Origin: Actinomycetota bacterium | GTDB lineage: Bacteria; Actinomycetota; Acidimicrobiia; Actinomarinales; Actinomarinaceae | Assembly (NCBI GenBank): GCA_036163695.1 | Contig: JAYZKG010000053.1 | Coordinates: 1 to 60,601, forward strand | Direction: 5' to 3' | Length of the DNA stretch: 60,601 bases | In this document: one piece after another, positions 50,993 to 60,242 of the stretch | How the letters are laid out: every line of letters begins with the position of its first letter | How positions within the stretch are numbered: position 1 is the first letter of the stretch | Translations under genes and position numbers: made by a program | The notes under the pieces: model-generated | Database searches by the model: none | The model's input: only the letters and a program-made list of their open reading frames with translations | Told to the model about the DNA's origin: nothing

Positions 50993-51661
50993 ATGAGTCA
51001 AGGAATGTTAACAATTTTATCAGCTGAAAACCATAATCATGCATCTAGTATGCTTGCAAATACACTCATTGATTTGATATCTCAAAATAATGGGGAAACA
51101 ACAATAGGATTGGCAGGGGGATCTACGCCTAGTCTTGCTTATTCTATACTTGGGCAAGAAACTGATCTTCTTGCTAATGTTATTTTTTGGCTTACAGATG
51201 AAAGATGGGTCCATCATGATGATGACCTTTCGAATTCTAAAATGATTAAAAGTTCTTTTGATAAGAATGATATTTCTCTTCTATATCCTGATTTTTCAGG
51301 AGATAATGCGACTTTAGATGCTGAGAAATATACAGAAAGGGTACTCTCGTCATTTACCGAATTTACTTGTGCAGTTCTTGGAGTTGGAGAAGATGGACAT
51401 ACAGCTTCATTATTCCCTGGGTCTAATGCACTAGATGAAAAAGGCGTCAAATTTGTCTCAACAAATGTAGAAGCTCATCCACGCATAAGGCTAACAGCAA
51501 CATTTGAACTACTTGCTGAAATAAAAAATGTATATTTACTTGTTACTGGAAATAATAAAAAAGATATAGTTGAAGAAATTGTAAAAGGAGAGACTAATTT
51601 ACCAGTAAATCATCTTATAAACATAAGAACTGAAACACACCTTCTAACAGATCAATTGTAG
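50993..51661 (+). CDS. pgl: 6-phosphogluconolactonase
   Basis: GLAGGSTP, WLTDERWV and GVGEDGHTASLFPG motifs. The start is uncertain (ATG at 50957, 50960, 50993 or 51005). I chose 50993 by alignment with typical Pgl N-termini. Confidence 0.8.
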   Translation: MSQGMLTILSAENHNHASSMLANTLIDLISQNNGETTIGLAGGSTPSLAYSILGQETDLLANVIFWLTDERWVHHDDDLSNSKMIKSSFDKNDISLLYPDFSGDNATLDAEKYTERVLSSFTEFTCAVLGVGEDGHTASLFPGSNALDEKGVKFVSTNVEAHPRIRLTATFELLAEIKNVYLLVTGNNKKDIVEEIVKGETNLPVNHLINIRTETHLLTDQL

Positions 51662-51698
51662 AACTGCTCTCAAAAGAATTGTTTAGGACCTAGAATAA

Positions 51699-51767
51699 AT
51701 ATGAGTCGCTTTTTGTGTCAGAAGAACCACTAACACAATCCACAACCCTGTTGGATGCGACTCATAT
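51699..51767. other. candidate structured RNA / complex hairpin (three-way junction), strand undetermined
   Basis: A perfect 11-bp closing stem, ATATGAGTCGC (51699-51709) / GCGACTCATAT (51757-51767). It encloses a 6-bp hairpin (51713-51718 / 51733-51738) and a 4-bp hairpin (51739-51742 / 51752-51755). It sits in a 173-nt spacer between co-directional genes, and no U-tract follows it. Confidence 0.3.
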
Positions 51768-51834
51768 GGAAAAGTAGAATCTAATTACCAACTTGAATAT
51801 GAGGATTCTTATATACTGTTATATAATTAATATC

Positions 51835-52725
51835 ATGGAAATACTTAGAACGCCTGATGATAGATTTGAAAACCTAGAGGACTGGGATTTTGAACCAAAA
51901 TACAAAGAAATTAATTCTGATTATGGAAATTTAAGAATTCATTATATAGACGTAGGAGCTGAGAATAGCGAAACTATCCTACTAATTCATGGAGAACCTA
52001 GTTGGGGATACTTATATAGAAAAATGGTTAAGCCTCTTGTTGAAGCTGGGAAAAGAGTTGTTGTGCCAGACCTTCCAGGATTTGGCAAGTCAGACAAATT
52101 AAGTAAAAGAGAGGGTTACTCGTACGAGAAATATGTTTCATGGATGTCGGAATGGTTACTCTTATTAGATTTGTCTAACATAACACTGTATGGGCAAGAT
52201 TGGGGAGGTCTCATTGGGTTGAGACTTGTTACAGCATTCCCTGAACGATTCTCAAAAGTAGTTGCAGCAAATACAATGTTGCCTACTGGAGATTACCACC
52301 CTGGCGAAGCTTTCTTGAAATGGAAAGAATACTCGCAGACAGTTGAAGACTTTCATGCAGGAGGAATAGTAAAAGGAGGTACCGTTAGAGAGATTTCTGA
52401 AGATACAATTGAAGCTTATAACGCTCCGTTTCCTGATGATTCATATAAAGAAGCTGCGAGACAATTTCCTACCCTTGTTCCAATAACACCAGATGACCCT
52501 AGCTCTCAAATAAATAGGGATGCGTGGGAAAAGTTAAAAGAATGGGATAAACCTTTCCTCTGTGCCTTTAGTGATAGCGACCCTGTAATGGCAGGAGTTG
52601 ATAAAGCTTTTATAAAACTTGTACCTGGTACAAAAGGAATGCCCCATACGACAATAGAACAAGCTGGTCACTTCCTCCAAGAAGATAATCCTGAAGATTG
52701 TGTAAAAGCTATTTTATCAATATGA
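51835..52725 (+). CDS. haloalkane dehalogenase, DhlA-like (HLD-I subfamily)
   Basis: LRTPDDRFENLEDWDFEPKY, IHGEPSWGYLYRKM, PDLPGFGKSDK, nucleophile elbow GQDWGG, AYNAPFPDDSYKEAARQFP and AGHFLQED run colinear with Xanthobacter DhlA as I remember it. I use the ATG at 51835; the track's form starts at TTG 51793. Confidence 0.85.
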   Translation: MEILRTPDDRFENLEDWDFEPKYKEINSDYGNLRIHYIDVGAENSETILLIHGEPSWGYLYRKMVKPLVEAGKRVVVPDLPGFGKSDKLSKREGYSYEKYVSWMSEWLLLLDLSNITLYGQDWGGLIGLRLVTAFPERFSKVVAANTMLPTGDYHPGEAFLKWKEYSQTVEDFHAGGIVKGGTVREISEDTIEAYNAPFPDDSYKEAARQFPTLVPITPDDPSSQINRDAWEKLKEWDKPFLCAFSDSDPVMAGVDKAFIKLVPGTKGMPHTTIEQAGHFLQEDNPEDCVKAILSI

Positions 52726-53873
52726 GAACCGCATATATCATTGATGGAATTAGAACCCCAATAGGAAGAAGGGGTGGTTTACTAAAAGGTATCCATGCTG
52801 TTGATATTCTAGGACTAGTTATTGAAGAGCTAGTTAAAAAAAATTCTACTGACCCTAATGAAATTGACGATGTAATTGCTGGATGTGTTTCCCAGCTAGG
52901 TGAGCAAACAGGGAATATTGGAAGGAATGCTGCACTAGCAGCAGGATTGCCCGAAACAGTTCCTGGAACAACTGTAGATAGGCAGTGTGGATCTTCTCAA
53001 CAAGCATTGCACTTTGCAGCTCAAGGCATTATGTCTGGATCATATGATATCGCAATAGCCTGTGGTGTAGAAATGATGTCAAGAGTACCTATGGGCTCTA
53101 CTTTTAGTTACGAAGGCCCAGAAGGAACGTCAACTGCTTATGGCCCAAAGATGTATGAGAGATACCCTGGCTTAGTCCCGCAGGGACTTTCAGCCGAAAT
53201 GATGGCTGAAAAATGGAATTTAAGCAGAGATGAACTTGATAACATTGCATATTTATCACACCAAAGAGCACTAAGAGCAGCGACCGAAGGGTATTTAGAT
53301 AGCCAAATTCATATACTTCCAAATATTATAGAAAAAGATGAAGGGGTAAGACCAGAAACCACTGAAGAAATTTTATCAGGACTTGATCCTGCATTCAGTC
53401 CTGATGGTGTTATTACTGCAGGAAACTCATCACAAATTTCTGATGGTGCAGCAGCATTGCTACTCGCTTCTGAAGAAGCAGTAACCAGACATGGATTGAA
53501 TCCAGTTGCTAAGATTAAAGCAATGTCTGTTGTAGGAACGGACCCAGTACTAATGCTCAGTGGCCCAATTCCAGCAACAAAAAAAGTCTTAGAAAATGCT
53601 AAATTAAATGCAGAAGATATAGAACTAGTAGAGGTTAATGAAGCTTTTTCTTCTGTTGTTGGTGCATGGAGAAAAGAATATCCTGAAATAGATTATGAAA
53701 GAGTGAATGCTAATGGGGGCGCTATAGCGATAGGACACCCTCTAGGAGCAACCGGGGCAAGATTGATGACTAACCTAGTACACGAGATGAAAAGAAGAAA
53801 TCTCAAATACGGTCTCCAAGCCATTTGTGAAGGTGGGGGTACCGCAAATGGTACTATTGTAGAACTGGTTTAG
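52722..53873 (+). CDS. acetyl-CoA C-acyltransferase (thiolase, FadA-type)
   Basis: MRTAYIIDGIRTPIGRRGG start, DRQCGSSQQA active-site Cys, and C-terminal CEGGGTANGTIVE. ATG at 52722 overlaps the dehalogenase TGA (ATGA). Confidence 0.9.
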   Translation: MRTAYIIDGIRTPIGRRGGLLKGIHAVDILGLVIEELVKKNSTDPNEIDDVIAGCVSQLGEQTGNIGRNAALAAGLPETVPGTTVDRQCGSSQQALHFAAQGIMSGSYDIAIACGVEMMSRVPMGSTFSYEGPEGTSTAYGPKMYERYPGLVPQGLSAEMMAEKWNLSRDELDNIAYLSHQRALRAATEGYLDSQIHILPNIIEKDEGVRPETTEEILSGLDPAFSPDGVITAGNSSQISDGAAALLLASEEAVTRHGLNPVAKIKAMSVVGTDPVLMLSGPIPATKKVLENAKLNAEDIELVEVNEAFSSVVGAWRKEYPEIDYERVNANGGAIAIGHPLGATGARLMTNLVHEMKRRNLKYGLQAICEGGGTANGTIVELV

Positions 53874-53876
53874 TTA

Positions 53877-54989
53877 ATGAAACCACTTGAGGGGGTTAGA
53901 GTTTTAGAGATAGCCTCTATTGGACCAGGACCATTAGCAGCAAATACATTCTTAGAATTAGGTGCAGAAGTTATAAGAGTAAACAATCCTCATTCTTCAG
54001 ATCTACTACCTAAAAATTCTGACCCGTCTCTAAGAAATAGGATAAATGTGTCTATCGATCTTAAAGAAAAAGAAGGTATAGAGCTTGTGAAAAAATTAGT
54101 TGAATCTGTAGATATCTTCCTTGAAGGAAGTAGGCCAAAGGTAATGGAGAGGATAGGTATAGGACCATCTGATATACATAGTATAAATTCAAAGGTTGTT
54201 TACATTAGGGTTACAGGATGGGGGCAAGAAGGTGAGATTAGTAATACTGCGGGTCATGACATAAACTATCTCGCACTTTCTGGGATACTAAGCTTGCTAG
54301 GAAAAGATGGTCATCCCCCTACTCCACCTATAAATCTTCTAGCTGACTATGGATCTGGAACTATGTTTGCTGTTGTTGCTGGGCTTCTTGGTCTCCATGA
54401 AGTTAAAACTAACAACAGGGAAAAAATTACCTATGATGTAGCAATGTTTGAAGGAGCTTCTTACCTAGGTTCTTTAATCTTTGGACTTAATGATTCAGGT
54501 ATGTGGAGTAATAAAAGAGGTGGAAATTTACTTGACGGAGGTGCGCCATTTTATAGATGTTATGAGACCAAAGATAATAAGTTTGTTGCAGTTGGTGCTT
54601 TGGAAAATAAATTTTATAAAGAACTAATTATGCATCTGGGATTACCCGATGAAATGGCTGATAGGCAAATGGAGTATGGTCTCTGGCCCGAACTAACAAA
54701 TACATTAACAAAAATTTTCTTGAGCAAAACAAGAGACCAGTGGGAGCAGATATTCAAAAATACTGATAGTTGCGTAACTCCAGTCCTGACCTTAGATGAA
54801 GCAAGGGAAAACTCTCATGCAATTGCAAGAGAGTCCTTTTATGAAAACCTGCCAAGAGGTAATAATATACTTAAAAATAAAAACGAAGAGAGTATAAAAA
54901 CTTCGATTCATTCAATTTTTGAAGATCTTGAAGTTAGTAAAGAATTCATAGATAGAGTTGAAAAAAAAGGTATTTTGTCAATAGAATAA
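53877..54989 (+). CDS. family III CoA-transferase, alpha-methylacyl-CoA racemase (Mcr/AMACR)-like
   Basis: 370 aa. PLEGVRVLEIASIGPGPLAANTFLELGAEVIRV parallels the Mcr N-terminus. GHDINYLALSG is also present. Confidence 0.8.
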   Translation: MKPLEGVRVLEIASIGPGPLAANTFLELGAEVIRVNNPHSSDLLPKNSDPSLRNRINVSIDLKEKEGIELVKKLVESVDIFLEGSRPKVMERIGIGPSDIHSINSKVVYIRVTGWGQEGEISNTAGHDINYLALSGILSLLGKDGHPPTPPINLLADYGSGTMFAVVAGLLGLHEVKTNNREKITYDVAMFEGASYLGSLIFGLNDSGMWSNKRGGNLLDGGAPFYRCYETKDNKFVAVGALENKFYKELIMHLGLPDEMADRQMEYGLWPELTNTLTKIFLSKTRDQWEQIFKNTDSCVTPVLTLDEARENSHAIARESFYENLPRGNNILKNKNEESIKTSIHSIFEDLEVSKEFIDRVEKKGILSIE

Positions 54990-54993
54990 GAAT

Positions 54994-55854
54994 ATGCCTA
55001 TAGACCCTGAAATACTTCTTAATAAAGAGCTGGAAGCAGTAGAGAGCTCTTGGGAGGAAAATAGAGTACTCCTGTACAATATTGCTGTTGGTGCAAACAA
55101 TGATCCCATGGATAAAAGCGACTTGCAATTCACTGTTGGGCCAAAACCAAAAGTTCTTCCTTCATTTGCAGCATGCATATATCCTATGGAATCAGTTTTT
55201 TCAATCATTGGTTCAGAAGGGCTTGATGTTCCTCTTACATCTCTACTTCACGGAGAACAAAAAATTACATTACATCAAGAAATACCCTCTAAAGGAACTG
55301 CTTTGACAAAAGCAAAAATTACAGCAGTTGAAGACTACAAAAAATTTGCTTCTGTGACAATAGAAGCAACTTCATCTATAGAAGGAGATAAATTAGTTAC
55401 AGGAGAATCGATTATGCTCTTCATTGGGGAGGGAGGATTCGGAATAAAGCCTCAAAAAAAGGAAAAAATTTCTACACCTAATACCAAGCCTGATGAAATA
55501 ATTGAATACAAAACTATGGAAAACCAAGCAATACTTTACCGAATTCCTTCTGGTGATAATAATCCTTTACATGTTGATCCTGACTTTGCAAAAATGGCTG
55601 GGTTTGAGAAACCAATACTGCACGGATTATGTACCTATGGTATAGCTACGAAAAAACTTCTTTCCAGTTTTTTTGACAACGAACCTTCAAATGTATCTGA
55701 AGTATCAACAAGATTCAGTGGTCCAGTAACACCTGGGAACACACTACAAATTAATGCTTGGAATGAAGATACACATATCATTTCAGAAGTCATCGAAAAG
55801 GAAACCGAGAAGGTTGTCCTTAAAGACTTTTTAATGAAAAAAAATAAAACTTAG
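54994..55854 (+). CDS. double-hotdog (R)-specific enoyl-CoA hydratase, MFE-2 hydratase-2/Hsd4B-like
   Basis: 286 aa. YRIPSGDNNPLHVDPDFAKMAGFEKPILHGLCTYG is the hydratase-2 motif. Confidence 0.85.
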   Translation: MPIDPEILLNKELEAVESSWEENRVLLYNIAVGANNDPMDKSDLQFTVGPKPKVLPSFAACIYPMESVFSIIGSEGLDVPLTSLLHGEQKITLHQEIPSKGTALTKAKITAVEDYKKFASVTIEATSSIEGDKLVTGESIMLFIGEGGFGIKPQKKEKISTPNTKPDEIIEYKTMENQAILYRIPSGDNNPLHVDPDFAKMAGFEKPILHGLCTYGIATKKLLSSFFDNEPSNVSEVSTRFSGPVTPGNTLQINAWNEDTHIISEVIEKETEKVVLKDFLMKKNKT

Positions 55855-56840
55855 TACATTATAGTTTTAGTTAAGTGATGTGGCCAATGAGTTGCATGGT
55901 AAGTCTTCCATAAGCGCCAATCCAGTTGAGGTATAATTATTCTTTTTTCAGGTGGTCTCAACTTATTTATTTCTTCCGTCAAGAGAGAGGTTGCATATAA
56001 AGAATGTGATCTGATTTCTATCTCTTTTTGTGATGAGGCAGGGATCTCTACTCCCTCATTAATATCAGCATTTAACTCTTCTGAATAATGGGTAATCCCA
56101 AACAAATTTAGAGCAACGGGGATGATGTAATCTGCAAAAGCACTCATTCTATCAATATCTTGAATCTTAAAATATCCAGTATCAGACAAAGCTGCATGGA
56201 TTCCCCAATATCCTAATTGTGCAAGTTTGTAAAATTTTACTTCATCTCCTTGAAAATCAGAAACATCATTGAATCTAGGAAATTCAGTTACAAGCTTTTC
56301 TACCAATCCTTCTCCATTGTGGTAGAGCTTTTGAGGGCATGAATTAATAAAAGTAATCCATGATCCTTCATATGAATCAACTAGCTTAACCCCGACTTCA
56401 TTTAGAATTGTTAAACGCTCTTCTAGCATAGGCATTCTGATGTTGCCTGTGAATATGTTCTCCAGTTCTTCAATTGTTAGACCTGCCATGACTTCTCCAC
56501 TTGTCAATTCATGTCCTGAGGAAATTGTCCTATTTAATTGATGAATTACTGCTTCACTATCTGAAAGAACAGAGCCATTTTCCTTCACTTCATATTTAAC
56601 CTGGGTATCAAAATCTGTAAAGGCAAAATTGATACAAGACATGAGCATAGTAGATTTAATATGTTTTTCCGCAAAATCTAGTGTATTCATATTTTCTGAG
56701 GAATTACGTAAAGGAAATTCTTCATACGCCATCCAAGATGCTACTTTCTTTATCTCATCTATTTTTGTACTCACATATGCTGATTTATCAATAACTGGAA
56801 TTACAGATTCTACAACTGGATTATTTTCGTGAGAACTCAT
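55851..56840 (-). CDS. queuosine salvage protein family (DUF2419 / QNG1-like queuosine 5'-phosphate N-glycosylase/hydrolase)
   Basis: Colinear with human QNG1 (C9orf64) as I remember it: MPMLEERLTILNEVGVKLVDSYEGSW (cf. [26 protein letters not shown]), FYKLAQL, AFADYIIPVAL (cf. MFADYRLPQVL), EIEIRSHSLY, and C-terminal ...TKTIMY (cf. ...IRCIYY). I use the ATG at 56840; the track's form starts at TTG 56849. Confidence 0.8.
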   Translation of the reverse strand: MSSHENNPVVESVIPVIDKSAYVSTKIDEIKKVASWMAYEEFPLRNSSENMNTLDFAEKHIKSTMLMSCINFAFTDFDTQVKYEVKENGSVLSDSEAVIHQLNRTISSGHELTSGEVMAGLTIEELENIFTGNIRMPMLEERLTILNEVGVKLVDSYEGSWITFINSCPQKLYHNGEGLVEKLVTEFPRFNDVSDFQGDEVKFYKLAQLGYWGIHAALSDTGYFKIQDIDRMSAFADYIIPVALNLFGITHYSEELNADINEGVEIPASSQKEIEIRSHSLYATSLLTEEINKLRPPEKRIIIPQLDWRLWKTYHATHWPHHLTKTIMY

Positions 56841-56905
56841 ATTTATCAATATATCATTTTAATTATCAGTTATGCTAATTTATTTTCTTTTAATATAATG
56901 CTTTT

Positions 56906-57787
56906 ATGAATAGTTCATCTCCAATAATTTGTGTTGTAGGAAGTTCAAATATTGATCAAATAGCATATACAGATAGAGTGCCTGACCGTGGTGAAACTCT
57001 AATTGGTAAAAGTTTTGAAATGGGCTTTGGTGGAAAAGGTGCAAATCAAGCAGTTATGGCTGGAATATTAGGTGCAGACACTTATATGATTACTTGTTTA
57101 GGTGACGATCCTTATGCAGAAATGACGATAGAAAATTTCAAAAAGTCAAATGTAAATATCGACTACATCCAAAGAGTTGGGGGGTCAAGTGGTGTCGCTC
57201 CTATTTGGGTTGAAGAGGATGGAACAAATAGAATTATCGTAGTATCAGGTGCTAATGACCATTTAGATCCTGACGAAGCTATAAAAGGCATCGATAAAAT
57301 TAATAACCTGTCTGTAGTCGTCGGGCAGTTTGAGATACCACAAGAGGCAACCTATAAAGTTTTCCAGCATTGTAAAGAAAAAGAAATACAGACGATATTA
57401 AATCCTGCACCAGCCCAGGATGTAATCGAAGGTTTATTAGAAGTCTCAAACTGGTTTATTCCGAACGAAGTTGAATTCAAGATAATTAGCGATGGTGCGG
57501 ATGCCGAATCAGACAAGGATATAATTAATTTTTCAAAAGAAATTTCTTCTGAATTAATTATTACCTTAGGAGAAAGTGGAGCAGTAACAATAGAAGGCGG
57601 TAAAGTAGTACGTGTGCCTGCCCCAAAAGTGGATGCTGTCGATACAACTGGAGCAGGAGATGCATTTATTGGTGCATTTTCATATGGCATAGGTTCAGGC
57701 AAAACTAAGATGGATTCAATACAACTAGGAATAGAAAGGGCAAGTGATTCGGTTACCAGAAATGGTACCCAATCTTCATTCAGGTAA
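56906..57787 (+). CDS. rbsK: ribokinase
   Basis: 293 aa. GGKGANQAV and DTTGAGDAFIGAF PfkB/ribokinase signatures. Confidence 0.88.
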   Translation: MNSSSPIICVVGSSNIDQIAYTDRVPDRGETLIGKSFEMGFGGKGANQAVMAGILGADTYMITCLGDDPYAEMTIENFKKSNVNIDYIQRVGGSSGVAPIWVEEDGTNRIIVVSGANDHLDPDEAIKGIDKINNLSVVVGQFEIPQEATYKVFQHCKEKEIQTILNPAPAQDVIEGLLEVSNWFIPNEVEFKIISDGADAESDKDIINFSKEISSELIITLGESGAVTIEGGKVVRVPAPKVDAVDTTGAGDAFIGAFSYGIGSGKTKMDSIQLGIERASDSVTRNGTQSSFR

Positions 57788-57790
57788 TTT

Positions 57791-58063
57791 ATGGAACCAT
57801 TACCACTAGAAGACCAGATTAATATTTTCATCATCTTGGTTACTCTATTTGTCCTTTTCTGGCTCGATGAAAAAAGATTGAGAAATGAGTTACCTTTTCT
57901 AGAAAAATATTATGAAAAATTCCCTCAATATACGAAAAATCAGAAAGAAGGTTTTTTTCTTGTAGTAATTGCTGCTGTCGGTTCCATCTTTAGCATCTAC
58001 CTTGCATTATCAAGCATTCTTCTAGTTATTGGTCTGTATAAATTGTGGAAGGATAGGCCCTAA
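57791..58063 (+). CDS. hypothetical small membrane protein (2 TM)
   Basis: 90 aa with two hydrophobic segments flanking a basic/aromatic loop. It lies 3 nt after rbsK. No family recognised. Confidence 0.45.
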   Translation: MEPLPLEDQINIFIILVTLFVLFWLDEKRLRNELPFLEKYYEKFPQYTKNQKEGFFLVVIAAVGSIFSIYLALSSILLVIGLYKLWKDRP

Positions 58064-59337
58064 GAGTCGCTCGACCAAAATCTAACTTTTGGATAAATAG
58101 GATCATCAATGTTTCTAGAAACCAACATAATAGATACAAAACAAGAGATTAATATTGCAATAAAAATATAAAAGATAGGTAAATCTTTAATAAATAATGA
58201 GACGAGTAACGGGAGGAGGACAAAACCCGGCATCCGGAATATCCCTAGCATTGCGTTTATACTTCCAGCATCCCCGGTCGGAGCAAGCTCAATAGCAATA
58301 TTACTTAATGAGTTAAGAAAGCAACCTAATCCTATACCAGTAAAAAGAAAAATAAAATAGTGAAATTGAATTGGGTCTAGTAGATACAAAACAGTTGCAA
58401 ACGAGTGAAAAGCAAGTCCTAATATATACGTCAACCGGAAACCGCTAACCTTACCTAGATACGGAACAATAAAGCTTCCAATACCTTGTCCTACAAAAAT
58501 GAGCGCTACCCATTGAGCCAAGATTGACTTATCAAACCCTTTGTCCAAAAGCCAAATACTATAAAATGGGGAAATTGCTTCTGGAAAAGCACAGATCATG
58601 TTTGCGATACAAAAATATTTTATTTCTTTATTCGAATTGTATATATTTTTCCACTCTAAAAACTTTTTGTTTATTTCTGAAATAAAATTAATTTGCTTTT
58701 TCTCTTTAACGACATCTTTCGGCTCTCTTATCAGAAGCAGGGAAACAAGAGAGAAAGTAGTAATAATTATTACCAAAAGTAAGGATTCCCTATAACCATT
58801 GACTATTGTTGTTGACGAAATAATGCCCTCTGCGTAATTACTTAAGGCAAACCCTGTCACTGATGAAAGAGAGACATTTAAAGCAAAAAATAATGAGCGC
58901 CTCTTATATAAGATTCTAGAAACCATGTCAAAATACGAAGGTAAAATTGCTCCTGCACAAAAAATAAATAAAGAATAGAATAAGAAAAATAAATTTAGCT
59001 GTGTTTCAGAACTGAAATCTGGAGAGAGAGACCAAAATAAAAGTAAGATAGCTAACCTTTCTCCCAATGCCCACTTGACTACATCTGATTTAGCATATGA
59101 TTCCTTTTCCCTAAAGGCACTTGTTATAAACTGGGAAAAAAATACTCCAAGAAAGAATATAGAGATGATTAAAGGTGGGAGAAACCAAAGATTAGTTAGC
59201 TGATTAACTACATCAGGTACAAATCCTGTTGGGATCATCATCGAATATGCAGCTCCAAAACCAAGGGCGTCGATCATTAGAAGTGAAAAATTAAAGGCGT
59301 AGTTTTTCTTTATATAATCTTGATTATTTTGAGACAT
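58060..59337 (-). CDS. 12-TM transporter, MFS-like (substrate unknown)
   Basis: 425 aa with a 6+6 TM layout and a central basic loop (REPKDVVKEKKQ...). It lies 5 nt downstream of ecfT. Confidence 0.5.
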   Translation of the reverse strand: MSQNNQDYIKKNYAFNFSLLMIDALGFGAAYSMMIPTGFVPDVVNQLTNLWFLPPLIISIFFLGVFFSQFITSAFREKESYAKSDVVKWALGERLAILLLFWSLSPDFSSETQLNLFFLFYSLFIFCAGAILPSYFDMVSRILYKRRSLFFALNVSLSSVTGFALSNYAEGIISSTTIVNGYRESLLLVIIITTFSLVSLLLIREPKDVVKEKKQINFISEINKKFLEWKNIYNSNKEIKYFCIANMICAFPEAISPFYSIWLLDKGFDKSILAQWVALIFVGQGIGSFIVPYLGKVSGFRLTYILGLAFHSFATVLYLLDPIQFHYFIFLFTGIGLGCFLNSLSNIAIELAPTGDAGSINAMLGIFRMPGFVLLPLLVSLFIKDLPIFYIFIAILISCFVSIMLVSRNIDDPIYPKVRFWSSDS

Positions 59338-59342
59338 TAAGG

Positions 59343-60242
59343 TTAACTTCTACCGAAAAGCCTTATAGCTAAAGTTGCTCCAAAAATAATTAGCAAGAAT
59401 GCTGAACCACAGAATACTACAATAGCTGTACCTACCCCTGGAGTTAATTGAAAACCCCCAACTGGAAGAAAGGCATTCATGTAAATTCTTCCCCAGAAAA
59501 CAATAATTAGAGGTAGTAATGCAGCTAAAGATAAAATTGTTTCCTTGTATGTAAAAGGAGTATATTTTATTAGAGTTCGCTCATTGTCAGAACCGAATGC
59601 TCTAGTTTCAAGACTCATGGATAGCTGTTGAACTCTATCAATTGCACCAGCAAAAACTGGAATAATACTTGGGAGTAAGGCTTTAAAACCTTGAGCCTGC
59701 ATTGCCCTTGATTTCTGTGCGGAAAGGATAATTCCAAACTCTCTTTGAAGGATTGGAATCAACTGGAGAGTAGTTGTAATCATAAAGTTGACTGTAAATG
59801 GAACTTTTGCTCTCTGTAGTGCTGAAGATAGCTCTCCAGGATGGAGGGTCATAAGCATTAATATCGACCAAGTACATATACATAAAATCCTACTGCTGAA
59901 AAGCATTCCATAAATTATCGACTCTGTATGAAGTGAGAATGGACCTAAAGTTGCTAAGAAAGTTGGATCATCAAAAACTACAGGAGGCGCTACAGATTGT
60001 AAAAATATCATAGCAAAAGCAGCAGGGCCAAAAAGAACCATAGCACGAAGATAACTTGGGAAAGTTTTACTTAGGAAAATAAATATTAAACCAACAAGAA
60101 TTAGGGCATAGTTAATATATGGATTTTTATTATAGAAACAAAAAATGCCGAATGAAATTACCCAATAAAACTTTACAAATGGATGTCCCCTATGAAAAAA
60201 AGTATCACCTGGAACATATGCGCCTACTGGTACTCGTGCCAC
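59343..60242 (-). CDS. ecfT: energy-coupling factor (ECF) transporter transmembrane T component (CbiQ/EcfT family)
   Basis: 299 aa. N-terminal YVPGDTFFHRGHPFVKF, coupling-helix-like SAQKSRAMQAQGF, and MSLETRAFGSDNERT (the A-R-G-type motifs). Confidence 0.75.
   Translation of the reverse strand: MARVPVGAYVPGDTFFHRGHPFVKFYWVISFGIFCFYNKNPYINYALILVGLIFIFLSKTFPSYLRAMVLFGPAAFAMIFLQSVAPPVVFDDPTFLATLGPFSLHTESIIYGMLFSSRILCICTWSILMLMTLHPGELSSALQRAKVPFTVNFMITTTLQLIPILQREFGIILSAQKSRAMQAQGFKALLPSIIPVFAGAIDRVQQLSMSLETRAFGSDNERTLIKYTPFTYKETILSLAALLPLIIVFWGRIYMNAFLPVGGFQLTPGVGTAIVVFCGSAFLLIIFGATLAIRLFGRS

Noticed and set aside
57352-57834. A 160-aa antisense ORF inside rbsK. Similar long antisense ORFs occur at 50339-50800 (in murA), 17347-17700 (in the acyl-CoA ligase), 24317-24721 (in the RCK gene) and 18381-18782 (in GH13).
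   Set aside because: Each lies fully within a gene that has unmistakable family motifs on the opposite strand. Their products are S/F/L/P-rich with the low-complexity composition typical of shadow frames, and none has a convincing RBS. I treat them as non-coding.
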